A stretch of DNA of 64,000 bases, taken from an uncultured bacterium (GTDB taxonomy: Bacteria > Verrucomicrobiota > Kiritimatiellia > RFP12 > CAIWXQ01). This document shows, one piece after another, positions 54,049 through 63,687 of this stretch. The stretch covers positions 18,964 to 82,963 of the forward strand of contig CAIWXQ010000016.1 in the NCBI GenBank assembly GCA_903916675.1. The letters run 5' to 3'. Both the position numbers and the translations under genes were made by a program. The notes beneath the pieces were generated by a model. That model worked only from the letters and a program-made list of their open reading frames with translations. It searched no databases and was not told the DNA's origin. Each line of letters starts with the position of its first letter. Positions within the stretch are counted from its first letter, which is position 1.

Positions 54049-54135
54049 GTCTAGGAAGGGCGTTGTCGGCGGCAAACGGCTGTTGGCGGCGCCTTTTTTT
54101 TGCAGCCCGACAGGGACTCCGGACCAGCTGTCGCG

Positions 54136-54170
54136 CCTCTGCGGTTGGATGTTCGTCACGTTGCGGTTTG
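54136..54170 (+). repeat. partial or divergent copy of the CTCTGCGGTTGG element overlapping the trpB 3' end
   Basis: CCTCTGCGGTTGGATGTTCGTCACGTTGCGGTTTG. The upstream T-run (54101-54108) corresponds to the T-run in copy 2. Confidence 0.7.
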
Positions 54171-55382
54171 TGCGTCACGCCTGGCTTCGATCGCCGCCAG
54201 CGCATGGGCCAGATCCTTGTCGCCGCGCCCCGAGAGGCAGACCAGCAGCGACTGCTTTGCCGGCCGCCGGCGCGCCTCCTCCATCGTGGCTGCGATGGCG
54301 TGCGAGCTCTCCAGCGCGGGGATGATCCCCTCCAGCCTTGCCAGCAGTTGAAACGCGTCCAGCGCGGCGCGGTCCTCAACCGCGACGTATCGTGCGCGGC
54401 CGCACTCCTTGAGCCAGGCGTGCTCCGGTCCCACGCCGGGGTAATCGAGCCCGGCGGAGATCGAGTGCGCTTCCTGCACCTGGCCGTCGGCGTTCTGCAG
54501 CAGGTAGGATTTCGTTCCGTGCAGCACCCCCACGCTGCCGTGGCCAAGCGTGGCCGCGTGGCGGCCGGTGGCGACCCCTTCGCCGGCAGCCTCAACACCG
54601 AGCAGTTCTACTGGGTCGTCCAGGAACGGATAAAATATCCCCATGGCGTTGCTGCCGCCGCCGACACAGGCCACGATCAGGTCCGGCAGACGGCCGGTGG
54701 CGTCCACCATCTGCGCACGCGCCTCGTCGCCGATCACCCGTTGGAAGTCGCGCACCAGCACCGGGTAGGGATGCGGTCCGGCCACGGTGCCGATCACATA
54801 GAAGGTGTCCTCTACGGCGCCGACCCAGTAGCGCAGGGCCTCGTTCATGGCATCCTTGAGCGTGGCGCTGCCGGAGGTCACGGGCACCACTTCCGCGCCG
54901 AGAAGCTTCATGCGGCTGACATTTGGCGCCTGGCGGCGGATGTCCTCCGCGCCCATGAAAACCTTGCATGCAAGCCCGAAGCGCGCCGCCACCGTGGCCG
55001 TGGCCACGCCGTGCTGGCCGGCACCGGTCTCGGCAATGACCCGGCGCTTCCCCATGCGGCGCGCAAGCAGGACCTGGCCGACGGTATTGTTGATCTTGTG
55101 CGCGCCGGTATGGGTGAGGTCCTCGCGCTTCAGATAGATGCGCGCGCCGCAGGCGTGCGCCGTGAGGCGCGCCGCGAAGTCCACGGGCGTGGGACGGCCC
55201 ACGTAGTCGCGCAGCAGCGAACGGAACTCGGCGAGGAAAACGGGGTCAGTCATGGCAGCCTGGCGCGCGGCGTCGAGTTCTAGCAGCGCAGGCATGAGCG
55301 TTTCGCCAACGTACCGTCCGCCGAACGCGCCGAAGTGGCCGTTGGCGTCAGGCAGGTGGTGAAAAAATGGTGGGGTGTTCAT
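54156..55382 (-). CDS. trpB: tryptophan synthase beta chain
   Basis: 408 aa from [28 protein letters not shown]-lysine HTGAHKINN, plus GGGSNAMG. Confidence 0.9.
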   Translation of the reverse strand: MNTPPFFHHLPDANGHFGAFGGRYVGETLMPALLELDAARQAAMTDPVFLAEFRSLLRDYVGRPTPVDFAARLTAHACGARIYLKREDLTHTGAHKINNTVGQVLLARRMGKRRVIAETGAGQHGVATATVAARFGLACKVFMGAEDIRRQAPNVSRMKLLGAEVVPVTSGSATLKDAMNEALRYWVGAVEDTFYVIGTVAGPHPYPVLVRDFQRVIGDEARAQMVDATGRLPDLIVACVGGGSNAMGIFYPFLDDPVELLGVEAAGEGVATGRHAATLGHGSVGVLHGTKSYLLQNADGQVQEAHSISAGLDYPGVGPEHAWLKECGRARYVAVEDRAALDAFQLLARLEGIIPALESSHAIAATMEEARRRPAKQSLLVCLSGRGDKDLAHALAAIEARRDAQTAT

Positions 55383-55458
55383 GGCGTGTTTTTTCTGCCC
55401 ACGAAAAACGCAAAAGATTCCCTTTCGCGAGGATTCGCGTATTTCGCTGGCTGGAAAC

Positions 55459-56544
55459 TTATTTGTTCTTTCGTTCAGCAATCACGTTCTTGTGCCTGGC
55501 ATGCGCCTCGCGCAGAAGGCGCGCGGTGGTATCCCAGCCGATGCAGGCATCGGTGATGGAGACGCCGTAGCGGAGCTGCGCCGGGTCAGTGGCCAGGGGC
55601 TGGCCGCCGGGCTCCAGGAAGCTTTCCAGCATGAAACCGACGATGGCGCTGGGCCCGGCCTCGACTTGGTCAAGGATGTCGTGCAGCACGTTGGCCTGCC
55701 GCTCCGGCTGCTTTTCGGAATTGCCGTGGCTACAGTCCACGAGGATGGCCGCAGGCAGGCCCGCCTTGCGCAGTGCTTCCTCGGCGCGGCGGACGCTGGC
55801 AGCGTCGTGGTTGGGCGTCTTGCCGCCGCGCAGCACGAGGTGCGGGTAGGGGTTTCCGGAGGTGGCAAAGACCGCGGGCAGGCCGGCCTCGGTAAACCCG
55901 AGAAAATGATGCGGGCCCTGTGAGGACTTGATGGCGTTGAGCGCCACGTCGATGCTGCCGTCGGTGGCATTCTTGAATCCGACCGGCGTGGAGAGGCCGC
56001 TGGCGAGCTCGCGATGGGTCTGCGATTCCGACGTGCGCGCGCCGATGGCCGTCCAGGAAATCTGGTCGCCAATGTACTGCGGCGTGAGGGGGTCGAGCGC
56101 CTCGGTTGCCACGGGCAGCCCAAGTGAGTTCACCTCGATCAGAAAGCGCCGCGCCATGTGCAGCCCCTCGTCCACGCGGAAGCTTTCGTTCAGGTAGGGG
56201 TCGTTGATCAGACCTTTCCAGCCGAGTGCCGTGCGCGGTTTTTCGAAGTAGACGCGCATGACCACAAACAGCGCGTCAGCGACCTCCTCTGCGAGGGCGT
56301 GCAGGCGTTGCGCGTATTCTGCAGCGGCCTTGAGGTCGTGGATTGAGCAGGGCCCCACGATAGCCAGCAGACGCGGATCCTCGCGGTCGAGAATGCGCTC
56401 GATCGTGTCGCGGCCGCGCACCACGGTTCGCTGCGTGGCAGGCGTTTGCGGCAGGTGGCGGCGCAGTTCGTACGGCGTGGTCAGTTGGTTGACGGACTGG
56501 ATATTGACGTTGTTGATTCGGTGTGTACTCATGTGGGTTCTCAT
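55459..56544 (-). CDS. 3-deoxy-7-phosphoheptulonate (DAHP) synthase, class I
   Basis: 361 aa. [27 protein letters not shown]. Alternative ATG at 56532. Confidence 0.85.
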   Translation of the reverse strand: MRTHMSTHRINNVNIQSVNQLTTPYELRRHLPQTPATQRTVVRGRDTIERILDREDPRLLAIVGPCSIHDLKAAAEYAQRLHALAEEVADALFVVMRVYFEKPRTALGWKGLINDPYLNESFRVDEGLHMARRFLIEVNSLGLPVATEALDPLTPQYIGDQISWTAIGARTSESQTHRELASGLSTPVGFKNATDGSIDVALNAIKSSQGPHHFLGFTEAGLPAVFATSGNPYPHLVLRGGKTPNHDAASVRRAEEALRKAGLPAAILVDCSHGNSEKQPERQANVLHDILDQVEAGPSAIVGFMLESFLEPGGQPLATDPAQLRYGVSITDACIGWDTTARLLREAHARHKNVIAERKNK

Positions 56545-56628
56545 GAATTACGAATGAGGAATTAGGAATGTGGGTCGTCTGTGGCTTTCTGCCGAATTCT
56601 TTATCCGTAACTCCTAACTCGTAATTCC
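56545..56628. repeat. AT-rich imperfect inverted repeat spanning the whole trpF-DAHP synthase spacer
   Basis: GAATTACGAATGAGGAATTAGG (56545-56566) versus CCGTAACTCCTAACTCGTAATTCC (56605-56628). The left arm abuts the DAHP synthase ATG and the right arm contains the trpF stop. Confidence 0.7.
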
Positions 56629-57297
56629 AACACCTTTGAACACTCGTCCGTTGCTGCGTGCGCCGGAGGTGCGCACGGCTGCGACAAAGGCAGCGACCTT
56701 GTCCAAATCCTTGATTCCGGGCGCACGTTCGACATGGCTGCTGACGTCCACTGCCGTTGCGCCGGAAGCGGCAATGGCCTGGCCGACGGTGGCGGCGTCG
56801 AGCCCGCCGGCGATGGCGAACGGGCGGCATCCCCGCAGCACGGCGGCATCGGCCCAGTTCCAGGCTTTGCCAATGCCGCCCAACTGTGCGCCAGCGCCGC
56901 ATTCGACAAGCACCCCCACGGACAGCGGCAGCGCTTGTGCTTCGGCCAGCAGTTCGGCGCCTGTGCTTCGCAGCACCTGCACGACATGCAGCCCGTGCCG
57001 AATCAGCTCGTCGCAGGCGGCTGCATCAGCGGAACCGCACAACTGCACGGCATCCAGTGCCGCCAGATCGGCGATGCGCAGGATTTCCCCGGGAGTCTGG
57101 GCCACAAAGACTCCGACCCGCGCCACGTTGCGCGAGAGGGCCGCGGCGATGGCCCGGGCCTGTTCCGGGCGGAGGTTGCGTGGGCTGACCGGATGGAAGA
57201 CCAGCCCGATGGCATCGGCGCCTGCTGCGGCGCAGGCCACGGCTAGTTCCGGGGAAGTAAGTCCGCAGATCTTGATCTCGATGCGCGGTGTGTTCAT
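56614..57297 (-). CDS. trpF: phosphoribosylanthranilate isomerase
   Basis: 227 aa from MNTPRIEIKICGLT. ATGA overlap with the trpC stop. Confidence 0.85.
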   Translation of the reverse strand: MNTPRIEIKICGLTSPELAVACAAAGADAIGLVFHPVSPRNLRPEQARAIAAALSRNVARVGVFVAQTPGEILRIADLAALDAVQLCGSADAAACDELIRHGLHVVQVLRSTGAELLAEAQALPLSVGVLVECGAGAQLGGIGKAWNWADAAVLRGCRPFAIAGGLDAATVGQAIAASGATAVDVSSHVERAPGIKDLDKVAAFVAAVRTSGARSNGRVFKGVGITS

Positions 57298-58088
57298 GTT
57301 GCACCGCCGGCAGCGATCAGGCAGCGCAGAAACGCCGCTGGATCGGCCGCACACACGAGGGCCTCGCCTACGAGGAAGCGCGTGACGCCGGCTGCCACAG
57401 TGTTGTGGACCTCCGCAGCAGTCGAAATGCCGCTGGCAGCCACGGCCAGCGAGTCAGGATGGAGCGCTGCAGCCACGTGCCGGGCACGCGTCACGTCGGT
57501 GTCAAACTTGGTCAGGTCTCGGTTGTTGATCTCCACCAGGCGCGCGCCGAGCCGGTTGGCGCGCTCGGCCTCTGCTTCGTTGTGGATCTCGACCAGCACG
57601 TCCAGGCCGAGATCCCGCGCGAGCCAGTAGAGGGCCTTCAGCTCTTCATCCGTCAGAATCCGCGCGATCAGCAGGATGGCATCCGCGTCCATGGCCGCGG
57701 TTTCGTATATCTGGTACTGGTCGAGGATGAACTCCTTGCGCAGCACCGGCAGCGTCGTGGCGGCGCGGGCTGCGGCGAGGTCCTCGGCCGAGCCCTTGAA
57801 AAAAGCGTGGTCAGTTAGTACCGAGAGGGCCGAGGCGCCGCCGGCCTGATACGCCTGCGCCAGAGCCGCAGGATTGAGCCCGACGCCGATGTCTCCATGG
57901 GAAGGGGAGGCGCGCTTGATTTCGGCAATGACATGGACGCGGTGCGCCGGCGCGAGCGCGGCGGCGAATCCGCGATAGTCTCGGCGCGCGAGCGCCCGCG
58001 GCTGCAGCGCGGCCAGCGGCATTCGCGCCTCAGCCGCCGCGATCTCCTGCCGCTTGTGCGCTACGATTTTCTGGAGGAAGTCAGGCAT
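57294..58088 (-). CDS. trpC: indole-3-glycerol phosphate synthase
   Basis: 264 aa. IAEIKRASPS, LRKEFILD, VEINNRDL. Confidence 0.9.
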   Translation of the reverse strand: MPDFLQKIVAHKRQEIAAAEARMPLAALQPRALARRDYRGFAAALAPAHRVHVIAEIKRASPSHGDIGVGLNPAALAQAYQAGGASALSVLTDHAFFKGSAEDLAAARAATTLPVLRKEFILDQYQIYETAAMDADAILLIARILTDEELKALYWLARDLGLDVLVEIHNEAEAERANRLGARLVEINNRDLTKFDTDVTRARHVAAALHPDSLAVAASGISTAAEVHNTVAAGVTRFLVGEALVCAADPAAFLRCLIAAGGAT

Positions 58089-58626
58089 GGCGCTGGTCTT
58101 TGGTTATGGAATAGCACAACGTATCTCTCGGTATATTTCCCATCTGCGGTCGAACTTGCCATTTTCGAAGCACGCCTTCTTTTTGCAGGCCGCTTTTCTC
58201 CATGACATGTGCCGAAGCGGCATTGGCAATGTCGCATGTGCCCCAGACTCGGAATATCTCCTGCTGCGTAAATGCCAGCGTGATCAAACTGCGAAGTGTT
58301 TCGGTTGCATACCCGTGCCCCCAACATGCTTTGCCAAACACATAGCCAAAATCAGCTTTACATCCGGCGGTCCGCAGTGCGCACGAGCCAAGTAATTGGC
58401 CATTCGGGTGTGTTACGGCCCATGTAAAATTGTTGCCTTGATCCCACGCGCTAACGCACCCTTTCACGAAAATAATGGTTTCCTCGATTTGGCGGTGTGA
58501 CTTCCAGTCCATGTAGCGTGTAACGTCCGGGTCCTGTGCATAGCATGCAAAGACAGCGGCAGCATCCTCCAGCGCGTAACGCCGCAGGACAAGCCTTTCT
58601 GTTCGGATAATTTCTGGCGCATTCAT
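58081..58626 (-). CDS. GNAT family N-acetyltransferase (RimJ/RimL-like)
   Basis: 181 aa from MNAPEIIRTERLVLRRYALEDA. GYVFGKACWGHGYATE acetyl-CoA-binding region. AT-richer. Its end overlaps the trpC start by 8 nt, and it starts 10 nt after the trpD stop. Confidence 0.8.
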   Translation of the reverse strand: MNAPEIIRTERLVLRRYALEDAAAVFACYAQDPDVTRYMDWKSHRQIEETIIFVKGCVSAWDQGNNFTWAVTHPNGQLLGSCALRTAGCKADFGYVFGKACWGHGYATETLRSLITLAFTQQEIFRVWGTCDIANAASAHVMEKSGLQKEGVLRKWQVRPQMGNIPRDTLCYSITKDQRHA

Positions 58627-58636
58627 GGTTGTTTCG

Positions 58637-59653
58637 TCACGCTTCCTTGCTCGCCTCCACCAGCGCCTGCAGCTTGCCCGCCGCGGCGCCGGAGTCGATG
58701 GCCCGGGCCGCCAGTTCCAGGCCAGCGGCGATGTCCGGCGCGCGGCTGGCAGCCACCAGTGCGGCCGCGGCGTTGAGCAGCACCAGGTTGCGCCGCGCAC
58801 CTTTCTCGCCGCCCAGCACCGCCATCAGGATCGCGGCATTTTCTGCGGTGTCGCCGCCAGCCACGTCCGCCGCGCTGGCGCGCTCGCCAAAATACCACTC
58901 CGGACTCAAATCGTAGGTCTTGACCGCGCCGTTGTCCAACTCCGAAACGCGGGTGGCGTCACAAACGGTCAGCTCGTCCATGCCGTCATGTCCGTGCACC
59001 ACAAAGGCGCGGCGTGTGCCGAGCTGGCGCAGGGCGTGGGCGAACATCTCGGTCAGTTCCGGCGCGTAGACGCCGAGGAGCTGGCAGGTGGCGCCGGCAG
59101 GGTTGGCGAGCGGGCCCAGCAGGTTGAAGATCGTGCGCACGCCGAGCGCCTTGCGCACGGGCATGACGTGGCGCATGGCGGCGTGGTAGCGTGGCGCGAA
59201 GAGGAAGGCCATGCCGATTTCGTTGAGCGCCTGCTCCATGACCTCCGGCTCGGCGTCGATCTTCACGCCGAGCTGTTCGAGCACGTCGGCGCTGCCGCAG
59301 CGGCTGGAGACCGAACGGTTGCCGTGCTTGGCCACAGCCACGCCCGCCCCGGCCACGACAAAGGCCGTGGTGGTGGAGACGTTGAACGTGCCGCTGTTGT
59401 CGCCGCCCGTGCCGCAGGTGTCCACCACAACCTGCCCCGCGGCTTGCACGCGGGTCGCGCGGCGGCGCATGGCGCGCGCAGCTCCGGCCAGTTCCTCGAC
59501 CGTCTCGCCCTTAGCCGCCATGGCAATCAGGAACGCGGCGATCTGCGGCTCGGAAAGCTCGCCAGCCAGGATGGCGTCCATTGTCGCAGCCGCCTCTTCG
59601 GCAAACAGGTTCTGGCGGCGCATGAGTCTGGTGAGTGTGGCTTTGTAGTCCAT
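58637..59653 (-). CDS. trpD: anthranilate phosphoribosyltransferase
   Basis: 338 aa from MDYKATLTRL. DTCGTGGDNSGTFNVST, KHGNRS. Alternative upstream ATG at 59680. Confidence 0.9.
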   Translation of the reverse strand: MDYKATLTRLMRRQNLFAEEAAATMDAILAGELSEPQIAAFLIAMAAKGETVEELAGAARAMRRRATRVQAAGQVVVDTCGTGGDNSGTFNVSTTTAFVVAGAGVAVAKHGNRSVSSRCGSADVLEQLGVKIDAEPEVMEQALNEIGMAFLFAPRYHAAMRHVMPVRKALGVRTIFNLLGPLANPAGATCQLLGVYAPELTEMFAHALRQLGTRRAFVVHGHDGMDELTVCDATRVSELDNGAVKTYDLSPEWYFGERASAADVAGGDTAENAAILMAVLGGEKGARRNLVLLNAAAALVAASRAPDIAAGLELAARAIDSGAAAGKLQALVEASKEA

Positions 59654-59673
59654 GGTGTAGAGGAGCAGAGAGT

Positions 59674-60384
59674 TCAGCATGCAGGGCGTTGGCGTGAGTG
59701 GAAATTGCCGATGATCTGCATCATTTGATTTTCACCTCGTTGAAATTCATAGGCCACAGGGACAATGGTTACGGAATACCCTTCTGTTTGGAGTGTTGTC
59801 GAGACAATCTGAAGGTGGCGGGACGGCTTTGCGCCGAGTTCGAGTAAGGGGAAGATGCGGACATCGCCCGCGGTGCGGCAGAGTTCACGGATTGCGGCCA
59901 GATGAAAACCAACAGAGAGTTGTGCGCTATAGAGAAAAAGCAGGTGCGAACAGATTGCGAGATCGAATTCCCCATCAGAGAACGGTAGGGTTGGCAGTTC
60001 GCCGGCAAAATAGCGCCCTTGTAACGAACCCTGCGCATAATCCGACAAAAAATCTTCCATGGCCGCCATGCGTATCCGCCCCAGGTCATCCACGCTCGTA
60101 ATGTTCGTCCAATTGAATTCATGCGCGTTCCGCCACGCTTGCTCCAGCACCTCTGCGTAGGTTTCCCGGATGCGATTGCGAATGTCATCGGTCGAGAACC
60201 GATAGAGCGGATCCACTGACACGACGCGCCCGCCTTGTCTGGTCAGAAGCGCATTGAAGGACGCCGGGCCATCCCCGCATCCCAGTATTCGCTTCTTCAA
60301 ATCGTCCGCCGACAGGGCAAACATCGCGACATATTCGTCAAACGATCTTCCCCAGGGGACGACAGTTGTCAGTGTAAAACTCAT
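59674..60384 (-). CDS. class I SAM-dependent methyltransferase (unknown substrate)
   Basis: 236 aa. ILGCGDGPASFN (motif I), FDLAICSHLLF. AT-richer. Sits between trpG and trpD with 15-nt and about 20-nt gaps. Confidence 0.7.
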   Translation of the reverse strand: MSFTLTTVVPWGRSFDEYVAMFALSADDLKKRILGCGDGPASFNALLTRQGGRVVSVDPLYRFSTDDIRNRIRETYAEVLEQAWRNAHEFNWTNITSVDDLGRIRMAAMEDFLSDYAQGSLQGRYFAGELPTLPFSDGEFDLAICSHLLFLYSAQLSVGFHLAAIRELCRTAGDVRIFPLLELGAKPSRHLQIVSTTLQTEGYSVTIVPVAYEFQRGENQMMQIIGNFHSRQRPAC

Positions 60385-60399
60385 GCTGAACCCGGAGTC

Positions 60400-60969
<570 letters not shown>

Positions 60970-60991
60970 GATCAAAACTCCTCTTGAATCT

Positions 60992-61066
60992 GGAACTCAG
61001 GAAAGCGGGCGGCTTCTGTGTTCCGAATCTGGCAGCGACCAACCCCTTCCTGCTTTCCTGAATTCC
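60992..61066. repeat. inverted repeat in the trpE-trpG spacer
   Basis: GGAACTCAGGAAAGC (60992-61006) versus GCTTTCCTGAATTCC (61052-61066), 14 of 15 complementary. Confidence 0.7.
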
Positions 61067-61081
61067 AAATGAAAAACCAGA

Positions 61082-62590
61082 TCATGCAAATTCCTTTGGA
61101 AGTGTTGAGCCGCTCTGCAGCAAATCCAGCGCGTGTGCCACGGAGCGCATCTTATTGACAGTCTCGACGCGCTCCTTTTCTGGGTCGGAATCGGCCACGA
61201 TGCCGGCGCCGGCGCGCACGGTCAGGCGGCCATGCGCAATGGCGGCGGTGCGGATGCAGATGGCGAAATCCATGTTGCCGTCGAACCCGAGGTAGCCGAC
61301 CGCGCCGCCGTAGGGGCCGCGCGGCTCGGACTCCAATTCCGCGATCAGCTCCATGGCGCGCACCTTGGGCGCGCCGGAAAGCGTGCCCGCCGGGAAGCCG
61401 GACTTCAGCAGGTCGAAGGCGTCGTGGCCGGGCTCCAGGTCTGCAGTGATGTTGGAGACCAGGTGCATGACGTGCGAATAGCGCTCCACGATCATGAGGT
61501 CCGTGACCTGCACCGTGCCCGGCAGGGCCACGCGGCCAAGCTCGTTGCGGCCGAGGTCCACGAGCATGAGGTGTTCGGCGCGCTCCTTCTCGTCTTTGAG
61601 CAGCTCGTCGGCCAGGGCGCGGTCCTCCTGTTCGGTGGCGCCGCGCGGTCGCGTCCCCGCGATGGGGCGCAGGCACGCAGTGCGGTTTTCCAGGCGGATC
61701 ATGGTCTCGGGGGATGATCCGACCAGCACGCGGCCGCCCAGCTTGAGGAAGTAAAGGTAGGGCGAGGGGTTGACAAAGCGCTGCGCACGGTAGAGTCCGA
61801 CAAGGTCTTCCGGCGCCTCGCAGACGAAGCTCTGCGAGAGCACGGTCTGGATCACGTCGCCCTCGTGAATGTGGCACTTGATGGCTGCGACACCGTCGCG
61901 ATAGGCTTGCTCCGGCTGTGTCGGCGCGGGAACGCAGGCGCGGCTGGCGGCGCGGCGCGGCTTCGCTTCTGGCAGCGGGGCGCGGAGCGTGGTCAGCAGT
62001 TCGGCCACGCGGCCGCAGGCGGCGTCGTACAGGCGGTCGGGATCGTCGCCAGGCGCGGCAAACGCCAGTGCCAGGAGCGTGAGCGTGTGGGTGACGTTGT
62101 CGAACACCAGCAGCGTGTCCGGGATCATGAACTCCGCCAGCGGCTGCTCGGCCGGGAGGCGGTTGGGGACGCGCGTCTCGAAGAAGTGGACCATCTCGTA
62201 GGCGATGTTCCCCACGAGCCCGCCGCAGAAGCGGGGGAGATCCGGCAGCGTTGCCAGCTGATAGCGGGCCAGGAGGGTGCGGAGCACGGTCAGCGGATCG
62301 CCGTGGTGGCGCGTACGGGTCTCCTGGAACCCTTCGCGCACGACGACATCGTCGCGGAAAACGCTCACGCGCATGCGGGCCGAAACGCCCATGAAGCTGT
62401 ACCGGCCCCAGCGCTCGCCTCCCTCGGCGCTCTCGAAGAGAAAAAGGTTCTCGGCCTGCGGCTCAAAGCGGGCGAGGACCGAGACCGGGGTCTCGGTGTC
62501 GGCCAGCACGCGCAGCGCCACGGGCACGACGTTGGCGTGCTGCAGCGCGGCGCGGAACTGCTGGCGGTCCGGGAATGAGGCAAGGTACAT
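61082..62590 (-). CDS. trpE: anthranilate synthase component I
   Basis: 502 aa. LFESAEGGERWGRYSF, GGAVGYLGFDGNMDFAI, GAGIVADSDP. Confidence 0.9.
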   Translation of the reverse strand: MYLASFPDRQQFRAALQHANVVPVALRVLADTETPVSVLARFEPQAENLFLFESAEGGERWGRYSFMGVSARMRVSVFRDDVVVREGFQETRTRHHGDPLTVLRTLLARYQLATLPDLPRFCGGLVGNIAYEMVHFFETRVPNRLPAEQPLAEFMIPDTLLVFDNVTHTLTLLALAFAAPGDDPDRLYDAACGRVAELLTTLRAPLPEAKPRRAASRACVPAPTQPEQAYRDGVAAIKCHIHEGDVIQTVLSQSFVCEAPEDLVGLYRAQRFVNPSPYLYFLKLGGRVLVGSSPETMIRLENRTACLRPIAGTRPRGATEQEDRALADELLKDEKERAEHLMLVDLGRNELGRVALPGTVQVTDLMIVERYSHVMHLVSNITADLEPGHDAFDLLKSGFPAGTLSGAPKVRAMELIAELESEPRGPYGGAVGYLGFDGNMDFAICIRTAAIAHGRLTVRAGAGIVADSDPEKERVETVNKMRSVAHALDLLQSGSTLPKEFA

Positions 62591-62632
62591 GGCGAAACTC
62601 CGTTGCGCGGCGGCCTGGTCGGCCCCGCAAGT

Positions 62633-62666
62633 GTTTCTTTATACAGAAACATCCGAGCGGGGTCAA
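62633..62666 (-). promoter_or_regulatory. trp operon promoter (TTGACC-N17-TATAAA) with overlapping 6-N6-6 palindrome
   Basis: On the minus strand: -35 TTGACC (62661-62666), 17-nt spacer, -10 TATAAA (62638-62643). The palindrome GTTTCT-N6-AGAAAC (62633-62650) overlaps the -10. ACGGAG Shine-Dalgarno precedes the trpE ATG. Confidence 0.6.
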
Positions 62667-62732
62667 TGCCGGATTTCAGCTAGGGGGTAAAGAAAAGCAA
62701 AGACGCGCGCTCCGGCTCATCCGCCGGCCTGA

Positions 62733-63599
62733 TCAGGGCGTTCCGCTCAACAGTTTGACATACGCGCGCCAGAGCAGGGGGCCCCAGTAAACCCAGGCTA
62801 GGGCTGCGAGGGAGAGATAAGGGCCAAACGGAATCTGCCCCTGGAGCCGTGTGCGCCGCAGGAGGATCAGCGTCACGCCCACCACGCTGCCGCCTAGCGC
62901 GCCACCGACGATGGTGAAGAGCACGCCCTTCCAGCCGAGAAACGCCCCGACCGCACCCATTAGCTTCACGTCGCCCAGCCCCATGGCTTCCTTCTGGTAG
63001 AGCTTCTCGCCGATCCACCCCACGAGCCAGAGCACACCGGCGCCGATCGCCGCCGCCAGCGCGGCATCGCGCAGCGACGTGAACCACTCCGTGGTGCCGT
63101 GCATCGACGGCACCAGCGCGCTGAACAGCAATCCGGCCACGGTTCCGCCCAGGGTCACGCTGTCCGGGATCTCCATGAACTCGAAGTCCACGAACGTCCC
63201 CAGGATCAGTCCGCCCGCGAAGACGATGTAGACCGGCACGAGACGCCAGTCGTTGAACTGCTGCATGCCGAGCAGCCGCGGGTAGGTGCTGAACTGAAAG
63301 AGAACCGCGAGAAAAATCGCGGCGGTCAGCAGCTCCACCAGCAGGTAGCGCGGAGAGATCGGCCCGCGGCAGAAGCGACAGCGTCCGCGCTGCAGCAGCC
63401 AGCTTACCGCCGGCAGGTTCAGGTGCCAGGGGATCTGTGTGTTGCAGTGCGGGCAGTGCGAGGGCGGGTTGACGACCGACTCGTTGCGCGGGATGCGGTG
63501 GATGCAGACGTTCAGGAAACTGCCGATGCAGGCTCCGAACGCCCCCACAAAGACGGCGATCAATGCAAAAAGCGGATCGAATGGTTGTGCAGGCGGCAT
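62733..63599 (-). CDS. pilD: type IV prepilin peptidase (A24 family)
   Basis: 288 aa. N-terminal Cys cluster CPHC..CRFC; aspartyl protease motifs FMEIPD and GLGDVKLMG. Confidence 0.85.
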   Translation of the reverse strand: MPPAQPFDPLFALIAVFVGAFGACIGSFLNVCIHRIPRNESVVNPPSHCPHCNTQIPWHLNLPAVSWLLQRGRCRFCRGPISPRYLLVELLTAAIFLAVLFQFSTYPRLLGMQQFNDWRLVPVYIVFAGGLILGTFVDFEFMEIPDSVTLGGTVAGLLFSALVPSMHGTTEWFTSLRDAALAAAIGAGVLWLVGWIGEKLYQKEAMGLGDVKLMGAVGAFLGWKGVLFTIVGGALGGSVVGVTLILLRRTRLQGQIPFGPYLSLAALAWVYWGPLLWRAYVKLLSGTP

Positions 63600-63617
63600 G
63601 TTAGTGGTTCCTGTTGA

Positions 63618-63684
63618 TGGTCATTTGTCATTGGCAGGTATCTCTTCTCCCACCGGCTTACGGCCACCAATGACTAATGACCAA
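63618..63684. repeat. CCAATGAC-family hairpin
   Basis: TGGTCATTTGTCATTGG (63618-63634) and CCAATGACTAATGACCAA (63667-63684). Same family as 2283-2307 and 3067-3090. Confidence 0.8.
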
Positions 63685-63687
63685 TAA

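Noticed and set aside
54049-54110. GC-rich segment plus T8 run after tRNA-Leu as an intrinsic terminator.
   Set aside because: I could not draw a convincing stem. The T-run corresponds to the internal T-run of the roughly 105-nt dispersed element (compare 47955-47961), so it is more likely part of a divergent element copy.
62591-62632. Leader-peptide attenuator or T-box upstream of trpE.
   Set aside because: The leader is only about 45 nt, with no small ORF containing Trp codons, no terminator/antiterminator pair and no T-box-like specifier structure.
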